Origin: Gammaproteobacteria bacterium
GTDB taxonomy: Bacteria; Pseudomonadota; Gammaproteobacteria; GCA-001735895
DNA length: 64,000 nt
Direction of reading: 5' to 3'
Assembly: GCA_050298595.1 (NCBI GenBank)
Contig: JBNKUM010000085.1
Location: 160,001-224,000 of the forward strand
Position numbers and translations under genes: made by a program. Under the pieces are notes generated by a model that had not been told where the DNA came from, searched no databases, and saw only the letters and a program-made list of their open reading frames with translations. Shown here in pieces: positions 14,116-26,643 of the stretch; position 1 is the stretch's first letter, and each line of letters starts with the position of its first letter.

Positions 14116-17018
14116 ACAGCCACCAGCACACGCACTGCATCCAGGCGCAGGTTGGCCTGGGCGATTTGCTGTTCTACCTGTGCCAGTTGCTGGCGGAAAA
14201 AATCCACCTCTTCATCACGCACATTGGGGTTGATAGTTTGCAGAGCAAGCAGTCGCTCAATTTCTTTATTCAGGGCCTGTTGTGCAGATTGCTGTGCCTG
14301 ATCGAGCTTTTGAGGCATAGCTTCGGTAGCCTTCATTTCGGCCTTGCTTAACAGCTTTTTGATCACATCTTCACGCGATTTAATCACCTTGATGGCTGTA
14401 TCTATATCCACATATTGCGAAGTTTGAGCAATCACATCAGGGGTCAGTTTCCGCTGATGTAGCTGATCATATTCATCGATGCATAGTCGCATCAGATTAT
14501 CTGGCAGATAGCGCTGAGCCTGCGCACCTTTGATATCGGCCACTTCGAGTCGGAAGAAGCAGTCCAGTATCAAAGTACCCGGTTTGGCTGCTGGATACTT
14601 CACGGCCAGTAAAGCGGTATTACCCAGTTCACTGCTTAGCACCATATCCATCAGGGTACGCACAAACGGGTGCTCCCAGGTGAGAAAGCGTACATCTTCA
14701 TTTGCCAGTGCCACCTGGCGAACATAGGTTACCGTCATACCATCCTCTGGTAGCCCAGGCACCTTGGCTAGCATCGTATTAGTGGGCTTAAGCACCCAGC
14801 AACCGGGGCCCTGGATTTCATAGCTAATGCCATAGCAATCATATAGCGACTCGATGTAGCGTGGTAAATCGAGCTTTAGATGGAGAGTCTCTGCCTTATC
14901 ACGCAGCTGTTCAGCTTTTGCCGGGCGACAGGAATTGTATTCCAGCAATCGATCACGTCCCTGTTGCACCTGCTGATTCAAGGTGTCGTGTAGCTGTGCA
15001 CTGCGCTGATAGAAGTCAGCATGATCCTGATCTCCCTGAGACAGGCATTGCAATAGCTCATGATGCATTTGCATGTATACGTTATGCCCTGCTGGGCAGG
15101 TTTGTTCGAAGGCGTTCAGACCCTGATGTAACCAGTTCATCATCACCTGTTGCGCAGTATTCGCCAGATAAGGCACATGAATCTGGATGGTACTCACCTG
15201 CCCGATACGATCCAGACGCCCGATACGTTGTTCCAGCAGATCCGGGTTTGCTGGTAAATCAAACATCACCATTTGATGCGCAAACTGAAAATTGCGCCCT
15301 TCGGAACCAATTTCAGAGCATATCAAGGCAGGGGCTCCGCTTTCTCTATCAGCAAACCAGGCCGCAGCTCGATCTCGTTCGATCAGGCTTAAGCCTTCGT
15401 GAAAAGCAGCCAAAGCAATTCCAGTTCGATCTTTTACTGCCTGCACCAGGCTTAATACAGTTTCTGCACTGGAGCAAATAACCAGCACTTTAAGTGAGCG
15501 ATTATCCTGTAAAAACTGACATAACCAGTCAACACGCGGATCGATACTGACCCACTTTTCGGGACTCTGACTGAGCGCACGTAACACCATCTCAGGCGAC
15601 AGTAGCCATTGGCTATTATTGGCTGCACCATCGTTCTCTACCAGCCCTTGATACAGCTCCTGATAAACCTGTGGGCAATCCAGTGCATAAGGATTTAATT
15701 CACGTCCGGGGAAACCCTGCACCACATGCCGGGTATTGCGGAATAACACGCGTCCGGTGCCGTGACGATCCAGCAAATGCTCTACCAATTGATTGCGAGC
15801 TGATTGCGCCAGCTCATCATCTCCATACTGCATGTCCTCAATTAGCAGCTGGTTATCTCCTTCTCCTACAGTTGCCTGCAATTCAGTCATCTGATCAGGG
15901 TTTAATTCGTTATTCTCCACCAGAGCCTGAACAATATCGGCAATCGGTTTGAAATTGATTTCGTCGGCAATGAAATGCTCCAGATCGACAAAGCGATCAG
16001 GGTCCAGCAAACGTAAACGTGCGAAATGACTTTCCTTACCCAACTGCTCAGGGGTGGCAGTTAATAACAGCACAGAAGGTATTTTTTTAGCCAGTTGTTC
16101 TACCAGTTGATATTCGATGCTGGGTTGTGCAGCTTCCCACACCAGATGATGCGCTTCATCCACCACCAGCATATCCCAGTCACCCTCGAGTGACTGACCG
16201 AATCGGTGGGGGTTGTTAACCAGAAATTCAAGACTGCATAACACCAGTTGTTCGCTATGGAATGGATTTTCCAGCGCATCTTCAGCATGTTCCTCATCTG
16301 TGCCATCCAGTGCTGAACAACGTTCTTCGTCGAATACGCTAAACAGCAGGTTAAAACGACGCATCATCTCCACCAGCCACTGGTGTAGCAGGCTTTCAGG
16401 CACCACGATCAACACACGGTTTGCGCGCTCGTTGAGTAATTGCTGGTGCATGATCAGACCAGCTTCGATGGTTTTGCCCAGACCTACTTCGTCTGCCAGT
16501 AGCACGCGTGGCGCAAAGCGACTGGCGACTTCATGTGCAATATACATTTGGTGATCTATCAGGCTGGTGCGGCAACCGGTCAATCCCTGCATGCTTGACT
16601 GGGTTAATAGACTGGCAATTTTTTGCGTACGCGCACGGACCTCAAACCATTTGTTTTTATCAACCTGTCCGTTTAATAGTCTCTGTAATGGATGGTTTAG
16701 TTTGAGGAAATTGCTGAGTTTACCTTCACTGAGCCGGACCTGTTGACCCGACCTGTCGACGCAATGGTAATACATGATGTCTGACTTGCTTTCGACTTCC
16801 TCAACCTTGAGTTCGCGGTTATCCTGATCAGTGATTTGATCACCGACTGCAAACAAAACACGCGACAAAGGCGCACTTTGCTTGGCATACATACGTGTTT
16901 CGCCAGTAGCCGGAAAGATGATACTCACCGTTCGAAATTCGACCTCCAGTACCAGCCCTATACCCAGATGTAACTCACCGGCGCTAACCCAGCGCTGTCC
17001 TACCGCAAACTGTTGCAT
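14112..17018 (-). CDS. rapA: RNA polymerase-associated SWI2/SNF2 ATPase RapA
   Basis: GQRWVS, LADEVGLGKT, DEAHH, SEIGSEGRNFQF, EQRIGRLDRIGQ. Confidence 0.97.
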   Translation of the reverse strand: MQQFAVGQRWVSAGELHLGIGLVLEVEFRTVSIIFPATGETRMYAKQSAPLSRVLFAVGDQITDQDNRELKVEEVESKSDIMYYHCVDRSGQQVRLSEGKLSNFLKLNHPLQRLLNGQVDKNKWFEVRARTQKIASLLTQSSMQGLTGCRTSLIDHQMYIAHEVASRFAPRVLLADEVGLGKTIEAGLIMHQQLLNERANRVLIVVPESLLHQWLVEMMRRFNLLFSVFDEERCSALDGTDEEHAEDALENPFHSEQLVLCSLEFLVNNPHRFGQSLEGDWDMLVVDEAHHLVWEAAQPSIEYQLVEQLAKKIPSVLLLTATPEQLGKESHFARLRLLDPDRFVDLEHFIADEINFKPIADIVQALVENNELNPDQMTELQATVGEGDNQLLIEDMQYGDDELAQSARNQLVEHLLDRHGTGRVLFRNTRHVVQGFPGRELNPYALDCPQVYQELYQGLVENDGAANNSQWLLSPEMVLRALSQSPEKWVSIDPRVDWLCQFLQDNRSLKVLVICSSAETVLSLVQAVKDRTGIALAAFHEGLSLIERDRAAAWFADRESGAPALICSEIGSEGRNFQFAHQMVMFDLPANPDLLEQRIGRLDRIGQVSTIQIHVPYLANTAQQVMMNWLHQGLNAFEQTCPAGHNVYMQMHHELLQCLSQGDQDHADFYQRSAQLHDTLNQQVQQGRDRLLEYNSCRPAKAEQLRDKAETLHLKLDLPRYIESLYDCYGISYEIQGPGCWVLKPTNTMLAKVPGLPEDGMTVTYVRQVALANEDVRFLTWEHPFVRTLMDMVLSSELGNTALLAVKYPAAKPGTLILDCFFRLEVADIKGAQAQRYLPDNLMRLCIDEYDQLHQRKLTPDVIAQTSQYVDIDTAIKVIKSREDVIKKLLSKAEMKATEAMPQKLDQAQQSAQQALNKEIERLLALQTINPNVRDEEVDFFRQQLAQVEQQIAQANLRLDAVRVLVAV

Positions 17019-17448
17019 TGTTAATCAAATCAATAGAAAGGACGGGCATTATACAGAGACCACAAAAGATGAAAACCTCGCTCTATCGGAAGTCACAAAA
17101 TTTAACAAAGGTAAAGCTTTAACTAAGCACTTCAACGCATTGAAGATAAATGATTTTTAAGTTAGTCTTTAATCCAGAAAAGGTGCTAACAATTATCTGC
17201 ACAAATTAAAGGGGCGCAATGGCATCTTTAACATCGGTATTGATAATCTTTACTCATTTACCTGTCTCCAAATCTCGTCCATTCTGTACAGATGAAACAA
17301 ACCATCCTTCTAACCCGCTTTAATAGAAAAATCCGGGCTGCTTGAATCAATTAAAAACGCCCCCTTTACAGAGATGCTGTAGCTGTTTCTGAGGTAAAAT
17401 GACTACTATTCAAGCCACGATTAACCAATAATATGCACCGGGCTGTGC

Positions 17449-20418
17449 ATGGAAGTACCGCCAAAATCATATTATCAGAGAACCAGAATGGGACAACCCG
17501 TAACACTTAAATATGTGCAACAGCATGACTCCAGAAGCGATTACTGGTTAATCATCGGGCGTATTTTATCTGTCGCAGCGCTTGTCAGTCTCCTGCTTAC
17601 TGTTTTATTTTACCTGCATCAAAAACAGAATCTCGACATGGCTCGTCAGCAGGAGCATCAACAGGATCTTCAGCTAATCCATACATTGACCAGCAAGTCT
17701 GGACTCCAGTTGCAAAAGCTTTTTTCGCTATTCACCTCTCTGGAAGGAGTTACTCCTGCTCTACAGTCAGGTAATAGAAGCCTGATCCATTCGGTTATCG
17801 ATAATCATTTGAATAAAATTCAGTTTGAATGGAATATGGATATGGTCGGCATTTACTCTATAAATAACGAAAAAATCGCTTCATGGTCATCCCATCCAAT
17901 AACTGAGGCACTGAATAATAAGATTGCCCAATGGGTTACACTTAGCAATGAGTCGATTAAGGAAATCAAGGCGATCAGCTGTCTACAAACCTGCAGCCAG
18001 TATCTGATTGCCCCTCTGCCAGAAAAAATCGGCCATCAGTCAGTGATGGTAATTTCAGTCTCATTACTTGAGATACTTGAACAATTTCACCAGGCAACCT
18101 CTAAAACTACCGGCATACTCATCGCTCCGCTAGATAAAGAAACATCTGATGACTTGCTGGTGAACCACTGGGGACTGACTCTGTACAGCCTGACTCAAGC
18201 TGACAGCTACGAGTCAATATTACACGGTTTCATGCGCGACTTTACACCACTAAAAGATGTTGAGCAGCATGTCCAACGCAGTATCCAGCAAAAATTCTTT
18301 GAACTCAGCCTGTATCCTTTATCCAGTTATGAGGATAGTATTCTGGTAATCATCCAGGACATAACTCATAGCATTGATGCGATACGACATCAAACATTGT
18401 TATTTGCCATATCCTTATTCACGGCCGTGTTGATATTGACTCTGTTACTGTATTTTGCGCTGCGCAGATTGATGCCGCGTACTAGATATAAATTTCATAG
18501 CCCTGACTCAAGCAGTAGCAAATTTGAAATTACCAATATCGACATAACAGACTGCGATGAGCTGTATACGGAAACTGTAACCCCGCTAGATTTTGACCTT
18601 ACCAATAGTGACGAAATGCCTATCCGAGACCGGCTGGATCAGTTACAAAAATATAATCACCGAATCAATCAGGAACTCGCTCATCAAATGCTGATGCTGG
18701 GACAGGAACGCGATCAGATTCGTAAAATCCTGGATAACACTCAGACTATTATTCTGACATTAACCCAAGATGGGAATATCACATCCATCAACCGTTATGG
18801 TGAGTCAATAACAGGATATTCCAGTAAAGAAATCATCGATAAGAACTTCATCGATCTTTACCCGGATCAGATACCCTATGCACTAAATGACCTGCACACC
18901 ATGTCATCTATAGCCGACGGCACTCAGGAGTCTTACCGTCACGAGGCGCGCCTGCGCTGCAAAGATGGTAAAGAACGCTCAATCCTGTGGTTACATTCTA
19001 GCCTGACCAATGAAAGTAGCATTCAGCTACTAGCTACGGGTCTGGATATCACAGAGAGTAAGCAACTGGAAAAGAATTTAAGCTGGCTGGCCGATCATGA
19101 TTCACTCACAGCATTATTTAACCGCAGGCGCTTTGAGAAGGAACTGGAAGACGCACTACTGTGGGCCAATAAACACGATGCTCAGGGTGCTCTACTCTAT
19201 CTGGACCTGGATAATTTTAAGGACATCAATGACTACTGCGGACATCAGATTGGCGATATCATCCTGCGTAAAGTAGCCAGCACTATAACGACCCTGACCA
19301 AAGATATAGACCCTTCAGCGCATTTGATCTGCGCCCGTCTGGGTGGAGATGAATTTGCCATCTTACTTAGAAATACCGATGAAGAAGCCGCCTGTATTCT
19401 CAGTAAGCGCATATTGGACATACTTTTCCAGATTCGCCATGAAGAAAACAATTTCAAATTTCAGCTTACCTGCAGTATCGGCGTTGCCACCTTTACGGGC
19501 ATGGAGTCGAGCGCTACCGAACTGCTTACCAATGCCGACTTTGCCATGTATCAGGCCAAGTTACTGGGGCGTAATCAATATAATGTTTTCAGAGAGGACG
19601 ACAGCCATCGTGAAAAAGTAAATCAAAGACTGATCTGGCGAGAAAAAATAGAAACCGCTTTAAGCAATGGCCGCTTTGTACTGCATTATCAGCCCATTCT
19701 TAACATTCAAACACGCACCATCTCCCATTATGAAACACTAATACGAATGAAGGATGATAATGATGAGCTGATTTCTCCCGGGTTATTTATCAATGTCGCT
19801 GAAAGGCTAGGGCTGATACAGGAAATAGATCATTTCATTTTAAAATCCAGCATAAAAAAACAGGCCGAACTGTTACGCCAGGGCTACGACATTAAGCTGG
19901 CCATCAACCTCTCCGGTAAGGCTTTTGATGATCCAGAGCTCACCAATATTGTGCAACAGACAATACAGGAAAATAACGCCCGAGCCGAAAACCTGATCTT
20001 TGAAATCACCGAAACGGCTGCTGTTACAGATATCGTATCAGCGGAAAAGATCATGGCAGAAATTCAGTCTTTGGGTTGCCAGTTTGCTCTCGATGATTTT
20101 GGGGTAGGCTTTTCTTCTTTCTATTATTTACGCGAACTTCCGGTCGAATACGTCAAAATCGATGGATCGTTCATCCATGAGCTGCCCGCCAATACTGACA
20201 ATCAAATTCTGGTTAAAGCATTAAGTGAAGTCGCCATTGGCTTTAACAAACTTACTGTCGCAGAATTTGTAGATTCACTTCAGACACTGAATATTCTTAG
20301 CGAAGCCAAGGTTAACTTTGCCCAGGGATATTTTATCGGCAAACCAAGTGAAAACATTCCGGTCAAACCGCCTAACTTTTATCAGGCATCTATCGCTAAA
20401 AACACTGCTTATCAATAA
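17449..20418 (+). CDS. Membrane sensor PAS/GGDEF/EAL c-di-GMP signalling protein
   Basis: Two TM helices around a periplasmic domain, PAS, RLGGDEF, ETL variant of EAL, DDFGVGFSS, KIDGSF; start uncertain. Confidence 0.92.
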   Translation: MEVPPKSYYQRTRMGQPVTLKYVQQHDSRSDYWLIIGRILSVAALVSLLLTVLFYLHQKQNLDMARQQEHQQDLQLIHTLTSKSGLQLQKLFSLFTSLEGVTPALQSGNRSLIHSVIDNHLNKIQFEWNMDMVGIYSINNEKIASWSSHPITEALNNKIAQWVTLSNESIKEIKAISCLQTCSQYLIAPLPEKIGHQSVMVISVSLLEILEQFHQATSKTTGILIAPLDKETSDDLLVNHWGLTLYSLTQADSYESILHGFMRDFTPLKDVEQHVQRSIQQKFFELSLYPLSSYEDSILVIIQDITHSIDAIRHQTLLFAISLFTAVLILTLLLYFALRRLMPRTRYKFHSPDSSSSKFEITNIDITDCDELYTETVTPLDFDLTNSDEMPIRDRLDQLQKYNHRINQELAHQMLMLGQERDQIRKILDNTQTIILTLTQDGNITSINRYGESITGYSSKEIIDKNFIDLYPDQIPYALNDLHTMSSIADGTQESYRHEARLRCKDGKERSILWLHSSLTNESSIQLLATGLDITESKQLEKNLSWLADHDSLTALFNRRRFEKELEDALLWANKHDAQGALLYLDLDNFKDINDYCGHQIGDIILRKVASTITTLTKDIDPSAHLICARLGGDEFAILLRNTDEEAACILSKRILDILFQIRHEENNFKFQLTCSIGVATFTGMESSATELLTNADFAMYQAKLLGRNQYNVFREDDSHREKVNQRLIWREKIETALSNGRFVLHYQPILNIQTRTISHYETLIRMKDDNDELISPGLFINVAERLGLIQEIDHFILKSSIKKQAELLRQGYDIKLAINLSGKAFDDPELTNIVQQTIQENNARAENLIFEITETAAVTDIVSAEKIMAEIQSLGCQFALDDFGVGFSSFYYLRELPVEYVKIDGSFIHELPANTDNQILVKALSEVAIGFNKLTVAEFVDSLQTLNILSEAKVNFAQGYFIGKPSENIPVKPPNFYQASIAKNTAYQ

Positions 20419-20424
20419 CCGACT

Positions 20425-21084
20425 ATGCAAACACCCAGTAAAGGCTATTTTATTACCGGCTCTGATACCGATGTTGGCAAAACATGGATTGCGTGTCAGA
20501 TCATCCAGCAATTACGTTCAAAATATGATTCAGTCAAGGTGAGAAAGCCAGTTGAGTCAGGCTGCAAGAAAATTGATGGTGAATACTTCCCTGCTGATGG
20601 CAGTGCTCTTTTCCAGGCCAATCTTCAGGCTGAAAATCTCACATTGGTAACACCTTATCGTTTTCATGCTGCTCTGGCACCTGATCGTGCAGCCCATATG
20701 GAAAATCACACGCTCACTCTGCAACAGTTACATCAGGCCTGTCTAAACCAGATAGAATCAGATGACACCCTACTTGTAGAGGGTGCCGGGGGGTTTTATT
20801 CACCTATATGCGAAGACGGATTGAACGCCGATCTTGCCAGAATATTAGGGTTAAAGGTCATCATCGTCTGTGAAGATCGTCTGGGCGCTATCAATCAGGC
20901 ACTATTAACCATTGCTGCGGTCAGGCGGGAAGGTCTGGATATTCAGGCCCTGGTTCTGAATCAAAACAAGCCACCAGAATTACCCACAGATAAACTCGAT
21001 AATTACCAGGATTTATGCCAGCGCAGCGATATCCCCGTTTATACCTGCGCTTACCAGTCCGAGATTAATGGTCAGGTCGTATAG
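20425..21084 (+). CDS. bioD: Dethiobiotin synthase
   Basis: FITGSDTDVGKT, KPVESG, VEGAGG, LGAINQALLT. Confidence 0.95.
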   Translation: MQTPSKGYFITGSDTDVGKTWIACQIIQQLRSKYDSVKVRKPVESGCKKIDGEYFPADGSALFQANLQAENLTLVTPYRFHAALAPDRAAHMENHTLTLQQLHQACLNQIESDDTLLVEGAGGFYSPICEDGLNADLARILGLKVIIVCEDRLGAINQALLTIAAVRREGLDIQALVLNQNKPPELPTDKLDNYQDLCQRSDIPVYTCAYQSEINGQVV

Positions 21085-21116
21085 CTGATTCTGACTAAAG
21101 GGAGTGGAAAGTGATC

Positions 21117-21488
21117 TTACGAGCTCCCGAAGCGTTGCTCTAGATAATGGATAATATCGGAAGATTCATACAACCAGGCATCTTCCCCCTGATCACTGAT
21201 CTTAAGACAGGGAACCTGTATTCGCCCTCCCCCCTGCTCCAGCTCCTGCCGATAGGGGCTTCCCTGATTCACGTTACGAATCTCAACAGGAAGATTCAAT
21301 CTACGTAAAGCACGACGTGTTTTGATGCAGAATGGACAGGCGTATAACTGATACAGGGTCATGGTTTTTAAAGCCTGCTCTACCTGCGCCTGTTGTTCTT
21401 CAGTACGTTGGACAGATGTGGGACGCGTCAGCCAGTCGATGAAAATAATCACCCTGCCCAGACCTTCACGAAGTAATTTAATTAGCAT
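21117..21488 (-). CDS. Glutaredoxin / GST N-terminal domain protein
   Basis: CPFC, QVPCL, LYESSDII.YL. Confidence 0.88.
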   Translation of the reverse strand: MLIKLLREGLGRVIIFIDWLTRPTSVQRTEEQQAQVEQALKTMTLYQLYACPFCIKTRRALRRLNLPVEIRNVNQGSPYRQELEQGGGRIQVPCLKISDQGEDAWLYESSDIIHYLEQRFGSS

Positions 21489-21521
21489 AACCAGCTCCCA
21501 CCGCAGAATAAAAAAGCAAAG

Positions 21522-21547
21522 AAAAAAGGGAGCAAAGGCTCCCTTTT
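21522..21547 (-). terminator. Intrinsic terminator after fba
   Basis: aaaagggagc-aaag-gctccctttt hairpin with a T-run on the minus strand. Confidence 0.8.
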
Positions 21548-21566
21548 AATCAAATTCTAAATCAAA

Positions 21567-22604
21567 TTACTTATAGAAAGAAAACATTTGTTCCAATGAT
21601 TTAACCTTGATTTTATCCGCATGACCAGCACTACCAAAGGCTTCGAAACGTGCCTTACAGATTCCTTTCATTCCTGCAGTTGACTCTTTAAGGAATTTAC
21701 GCGGATCAAAGTTACTTGGATTTTCTGCCAGGTGCTTACGAATCGAACCGGTAGATGCCATACGCAAATCGGTATCAATGTTAACCTTACGCACACCATT
21801 CTTGATGCCTTCCTGAATCTCTTCAACTGGTACACCGTAGGTTTGACCCATATCGCCGCCGTATGAATTGATCACCTTCAACCAGTCCTGAGGGACCGAG
21901 GAAGAGCCATGCATTACCAGGTGAGTATTTGGAATACGGGCATGAATTTCACGAATGCGGTCGATGCGCAGGATTTCGCCGGTAGGCTCCTTAGTGAATT
22001 TGTACGCACCATGAGAAGTACCAATCGCTATCGCCAGTGCATCGACACCGGTATCTTCTACGAAGCGAGCCGCTTCTTCAACGTCTGTCAGCAATTGATC
22101 CATGTCCAGCTTGCCTTCTGCGCCGTGACCATCTTCTTCACCCATTTCACCGGTTTCCAGCGAGCCCAGGCAACCCAGCTCACCCTCAACAGAAACGCCA
22201 CCCGCGTGTGCCATATCAACAACCGTTTTAGTGACCTTAACATTGTATTCGTAAGAAGCTGGAGTTTTCATATCTGCCATCAGGGAGCCATCCATCATGA
22301 CCGAGCTGAAACCAGACTGAATCGAACGCAGACATACAGCAGGCTCTGAACCATGATCCTGATGCATACAAACTGGAATATGCGGATACATTTCGATAGC
22401 TGCGCTAATCAGATGACGCAGGAAGGGTTCACCGGCGTATGAACGAGCACCTGCTGAACCTTGCAGAATAACTGGACTGTTGGTTTCATCGGCGGCCTGC
22501 ATGATGGCATGCACCTGTTCCATGTTGTTCACATTGAATGCAGGCATACCGAAATCGTTTTCTGCTGCATAGTCGAGTAACTGTCTTAATGATATAAGAG
22601 CCAT
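21567..22604 (-). CDS. fba: Fructose-bisphosphate aldolase class II
   Basis: [39 protein letters not shown]. Confidence 0.97.
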   Translation of the reverse strand: MALISLRQLLDYAAENDFGMPAFNVNNMEQVHAIMQAADETNSPVILQGSAGARSYAGEPFLRHLISAAIEMYPHIPVCMHQDHGSEPAVCLRSIQSGFSSVMMDGSLMADMKTPASYEYNVKVTKTVVDMAHAGGVSVEGELGCLGSLETGEMGEEDGHGAEGKLDMDQLLTDVEEAARFVEDTGVDALAIAIGTSHGAYKFTKEPTGEILRIDRIREIHARIPNTHLVMHGSSSVPQDWLKVINSYGGDMGQTYGVPVEEIQEGIKNGVRKVNIDTDLRMASTGSIRKHLAENPSNFDPRKFLKESTAGMKGICKARFEAFGSAGHADKIKVKSLEQMFSFYK

Positions 22605-22654
22605 GTTAACTTTCCTCAAAGTTGATATTGTTTATATAAAAATTGGAACCTTAA

Positions 22655-22690
22655 ACGTATGAGGTATGCTTTACAACATACCTCATACGT
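22655..22690. other. Perfect 14-bp-stem intergenic hairpin between pyk and fba
   Basis: acgtatgaggtatg-ctttacaa-catacctcatacgt. Confidence 0.7.
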
Positions 22691-22701
22691 CATGATCCCG
22701 G

Positions 22702-24165
22702 CTAATCGGCAAGTACCGGCATGTCGCCAACCTTGACTATCTTCATTGCATTAGTACCACCACCGGTCCCCATCAAATCGCCCTTGGTAATAATGACCAG
22801 ATCACCTTTGGTAACCACTCCTTCCTTTAACAGCACATCTATCACAATTTGATTGGCTGCCGCGTGATTATTGTTTTCAATCACCGGAATATCTACCGGC
22901 GTGACACCCCGGTACATAGAAACCCTACGATTGGTTTTTTCCTGCGTCGATAAGGAATATATCGGAATACCGGAACTGATACGCGACATCCATAACGGCG
23001 TTGCTCCAGATTCGGTCATAGCGGCTATAGCGCGTACATTCAGGTGATTGGCTGTATACATACTTGCCATGGCAATAGCCTCATCCACCTGTTCAAACAT
23101 CATATCCATTCGATGATGCGATCGTAATGCAGCCGCCTGTTGCTCTGCGTTACGACAGATGCGCGACATGGAGACAACGGTCTCTACCGGATAGGCTCCG
23201 GTTGCTGTTTCTGCCGACAACATGACTGCATCGGTACCATCCAGAACTGCATTGGCAACGTCGAATACTTCTGCTCGAGTTGGAATCGGGTTTTCACGCA
23301 TCGACTCCATCATCTGTGTCGCTGTTATCACCACGCGATTCATATCGCGCGCCATCTTAATCAGGCGTTTCTGTACTGCAGGTAATTGATCGTCTCCAAT
23401 CTCAACACCGAGATCTCCACGAGCAATCATAATGACATCAGAGGCATCGATAATGGATTCGATATTATCAAGCGCTTCCGCGCGCTCGATCTTGGAAACG
23501 ATAGCACCATGACCACCCGCCTGACGTAACAGGGTACGTGCGAGTTTAACGTCGCCTGCATTACGTGGAAATGAAATAGCAACATAATCGGCTTCGATAG
23601 CGGCAGCGACGAGTATATCTTCCCTATCCTTTTCGGTCAGTGCATCTGCCGATAAACCACCGCCTTTAAGGTTAATCCCCTTATTGTCAGAGAGTGTGCC
23701 GCCAACCATCACCGTAGTATTTATACTATTACCCTCTACCGAGACAACCTGCAACACGATACGCCCGTCATCCAGTACCAGAACATCGTGTTCTTTGACA
23801 TCACGGGGTAGCTCTGCATAGGTAATACCAACCTGTTTCTGGTCACCTTCGTCACGCGCCAGATCGGCATCCAGGCAAAACGAATCACCTTTAACCAGCT
23901 CAATAGAGCCTGACCTGAAACGTTGAGTACGAATCTTGGGTCCCTGCAAATCAACCAGAACCCCTACAAATCGTCCGTTAGCTTTTGCGATAGCCCGAAC
24001 CCGTTCAGCTCTGTTCTGATGCTCTTCAGGACTTCCGTGCGAAAAATTTAACCGCACCACATCGACACCGGCCTTAATCAGGCTATCGAGAACCTCTTCT
24101 GATTCAGTAGCCGGCCCTAAAGTAGCAAGAATTTTTGTACGACGTAAAACAACGTTATCCTTCAT
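22702..24165 (-). CDS. pyk: Pyruvate kinase
   Basis: RRTKILATLGP, RLNFSHG, DLQGPKIR, ARGDLG, ATQMMESM. Confidence 0.97.
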   Translation of the reverse strand: MKDNVVLRRTKILATLGPATESEEVLDSLIKAGVDVVRLNFSHGSPEEHQNRAERVRAIAKANGRFVGVLVDLQGPKIRTQRFRSGSIELVKGDSFCLDADLARDEGDQKQVGITYAELPRDVKEHDVLVLDDGRIVLQVVSVEGNSINTTVMVGGTLSDNKGINLKGGGLSADALTEKDREDILVAAAIEADYVAISFPRNAGDVKLARTLLRQAGGHGAIVSKIERAEALDNIESIIDASDVIMIARGDLGVEIGDDQLPAVQKRLIKMARDMNRVVITATQMMESMRENPIPTRAEVFDVANAVLDGTDAVMLSAETATGAYPVETVVSMSRICRNAEQQAAALRSHHRMDMMFEQVDEAIAMASMYTANHLNVRAIAAMTESGATPLWMSRISSGIPIYSLSTQEKTNRRVSMYRGVTPVDIPVIENNNHAAANQIVIDVLLKEGVVTKGDLVIITKGDLMGTGGGTNAMKIVKVGDMPVLAD

Positions 24166-24170
24166 ATAGA

Positions 24171-25352
24171 CTATTTCGCTGCCTGCTCTTCCAGCATAGC
24201 AACAGCTGGCAGGGTTTTTCCTTCCAGGTATTCGAGGAAAGCACCACCAGCAGTGGAGATGTAAGAAACTCTATCGTAGATATCATACTTCTGAATCGCG
24301 GCAATCGTATCGCCACCACCAGCCAGACTGAAACAATCAGATTCGGCAATGGCCATAGAGACTGTTTTGGTACCTTCACCGAACTGGTCAAACTCAAATA
24401 CACCTACCGGGCCATTCCACACAACGGTGCCTGCATTTTTAATAATCTCAGCCAGCTCATTTGCAGAATCGGGGCCAATATCAAAAATCATATCGTCGTC
24501 TTCAACTTCGGTCACTGGTTTCAGGCTTGCTTCAGCTGTTTCAGAAAACTCCTTGCCGCATACAACATCTGTAGCGATTGGAATAATGGCTCCTCGTGCA
24601 GTCATTTTTTCGACCAGCGCTTTTGCAGTATCCACCAGGTCAACTTCACATAACGACTTACCTACGTTATGGCCCATGGCCTTCAAAAAGGTATTGGCAA
24701 TCCCACCACCAACAACCAGTTGATCAACCTTTTCAGACAGAGCTTCCAGCACGGTTAGCTTGGTAGATACTTTTGAACCACCCACGATTGCAACCATAGG
24801 ACGGGCGGGCTCAGCCAAAGCTTTAGCCAGACTGTCCAGCTCATTTGAAAGCAGGATTCCAGCGCAGGCTGTAGGCGCAAACTTGCCCACACCATGCGTT
24901 GATGCCTGTGCACGATGCGCTGTACCGAAAGCATCCATGACAAAAATATCGCACAATGCAGCATACTTTTGAGCCAGCTCTTCTTCGTCTTTCTTTTCGC
25001 CGACATTGAAGCGCACATTTTCAAACAGCACTACTTCGCCATCGGCAACCACCGGAGCAGTCTCAAGATAATCCTTGATCAGGCGTACGTTTTTGCCCAG
25101 CTTGCTGGATAGGTCATCGGCAATAGGCAGCATGGAGTTTTCTTCATCAACCTTACCTTCTTCAGGACGTCCACGGTGAGACATCACCTGAACCTTGGCA
25201 CCTGCTTTGACACAATGCTCAATGGTAGGCATAGATGCCGAAATACGTGCATCAGAAGTGACTTTGCCATCCTTTACCGGCACATTTAAATCCGCGCGGA
25301 TAAGTACACGTTTACCAGCAAGATCAAGATCAGTTAATTTGATAAAAGCCAT
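24171..25352 (-). CDS. pgk: Phosphoglycerate kinase
   Basis: [29 protein letters not shown]. Confidence 0.98.
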   Translation of the reverse strand: MAFIKLTDLDLAGKRVLIRADLNVPVKDGKVTSDARISASMPTIEHCVKAGAKVQVMSHRGRPEEGKVDEENSMLPIADDLSSKLGKNVRLIKDYLETAPVVADGEVVLFENVRFNVGEKKDEEELAQKYAALCDIFVMDAFGTAHRAQASTHGVGKFAPTACAGILLSNELDSLAKALAEPARPMVAIVGGSKVSTKLTVLEALSEKVDQLVVGGGIANTFLKAMGHNVGKSLCEVDLVDTAKALVEKMTARGAIIPIATDVVCGKEFSETAEASLKPVTEVEDDDMIFDIGPDSANELAEIIKNAGTVVWNGPVGVFEFDQFGEGTKTVSMAIAESDCFSLAGGGDTIAAIQKYDIYDRVSYISTAGGAFLEYLEGKTLPAVAMLEEQAAK

Positions 25353-25439
25353 GAAGATTCTCCTTCAAGTATTTAGATTTTTAAAACGGTTTGTTAAATC
25401 TGAGTGATAAATTAATTTAACAAACAGTTCTGTGAGAGA

Positions 25440-25467
25440 AATCTGCCCGGATGATTCCGGACAGATT
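25440..25467. other. Intergenic hairpin between gap and pgk
   Basis: aatctg.ccgga / tccgg.cagatt stem. Confidence 0.5.
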
Positions 25468-25477
25468 AATTACTCTG

Positions 25478-26620
<1,143 letters not shown>

Positions 26621-26643
26621 TTAACTTTTTATAGTGTTAATAA

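Noticed and set aside
14166-16888. Numerous antisense and alternative-frame ORFs within rapA, and similar ones in other core genes
   Set aside because: Shadow ORFs with no motifs, fully overlapping confidently identified genes.
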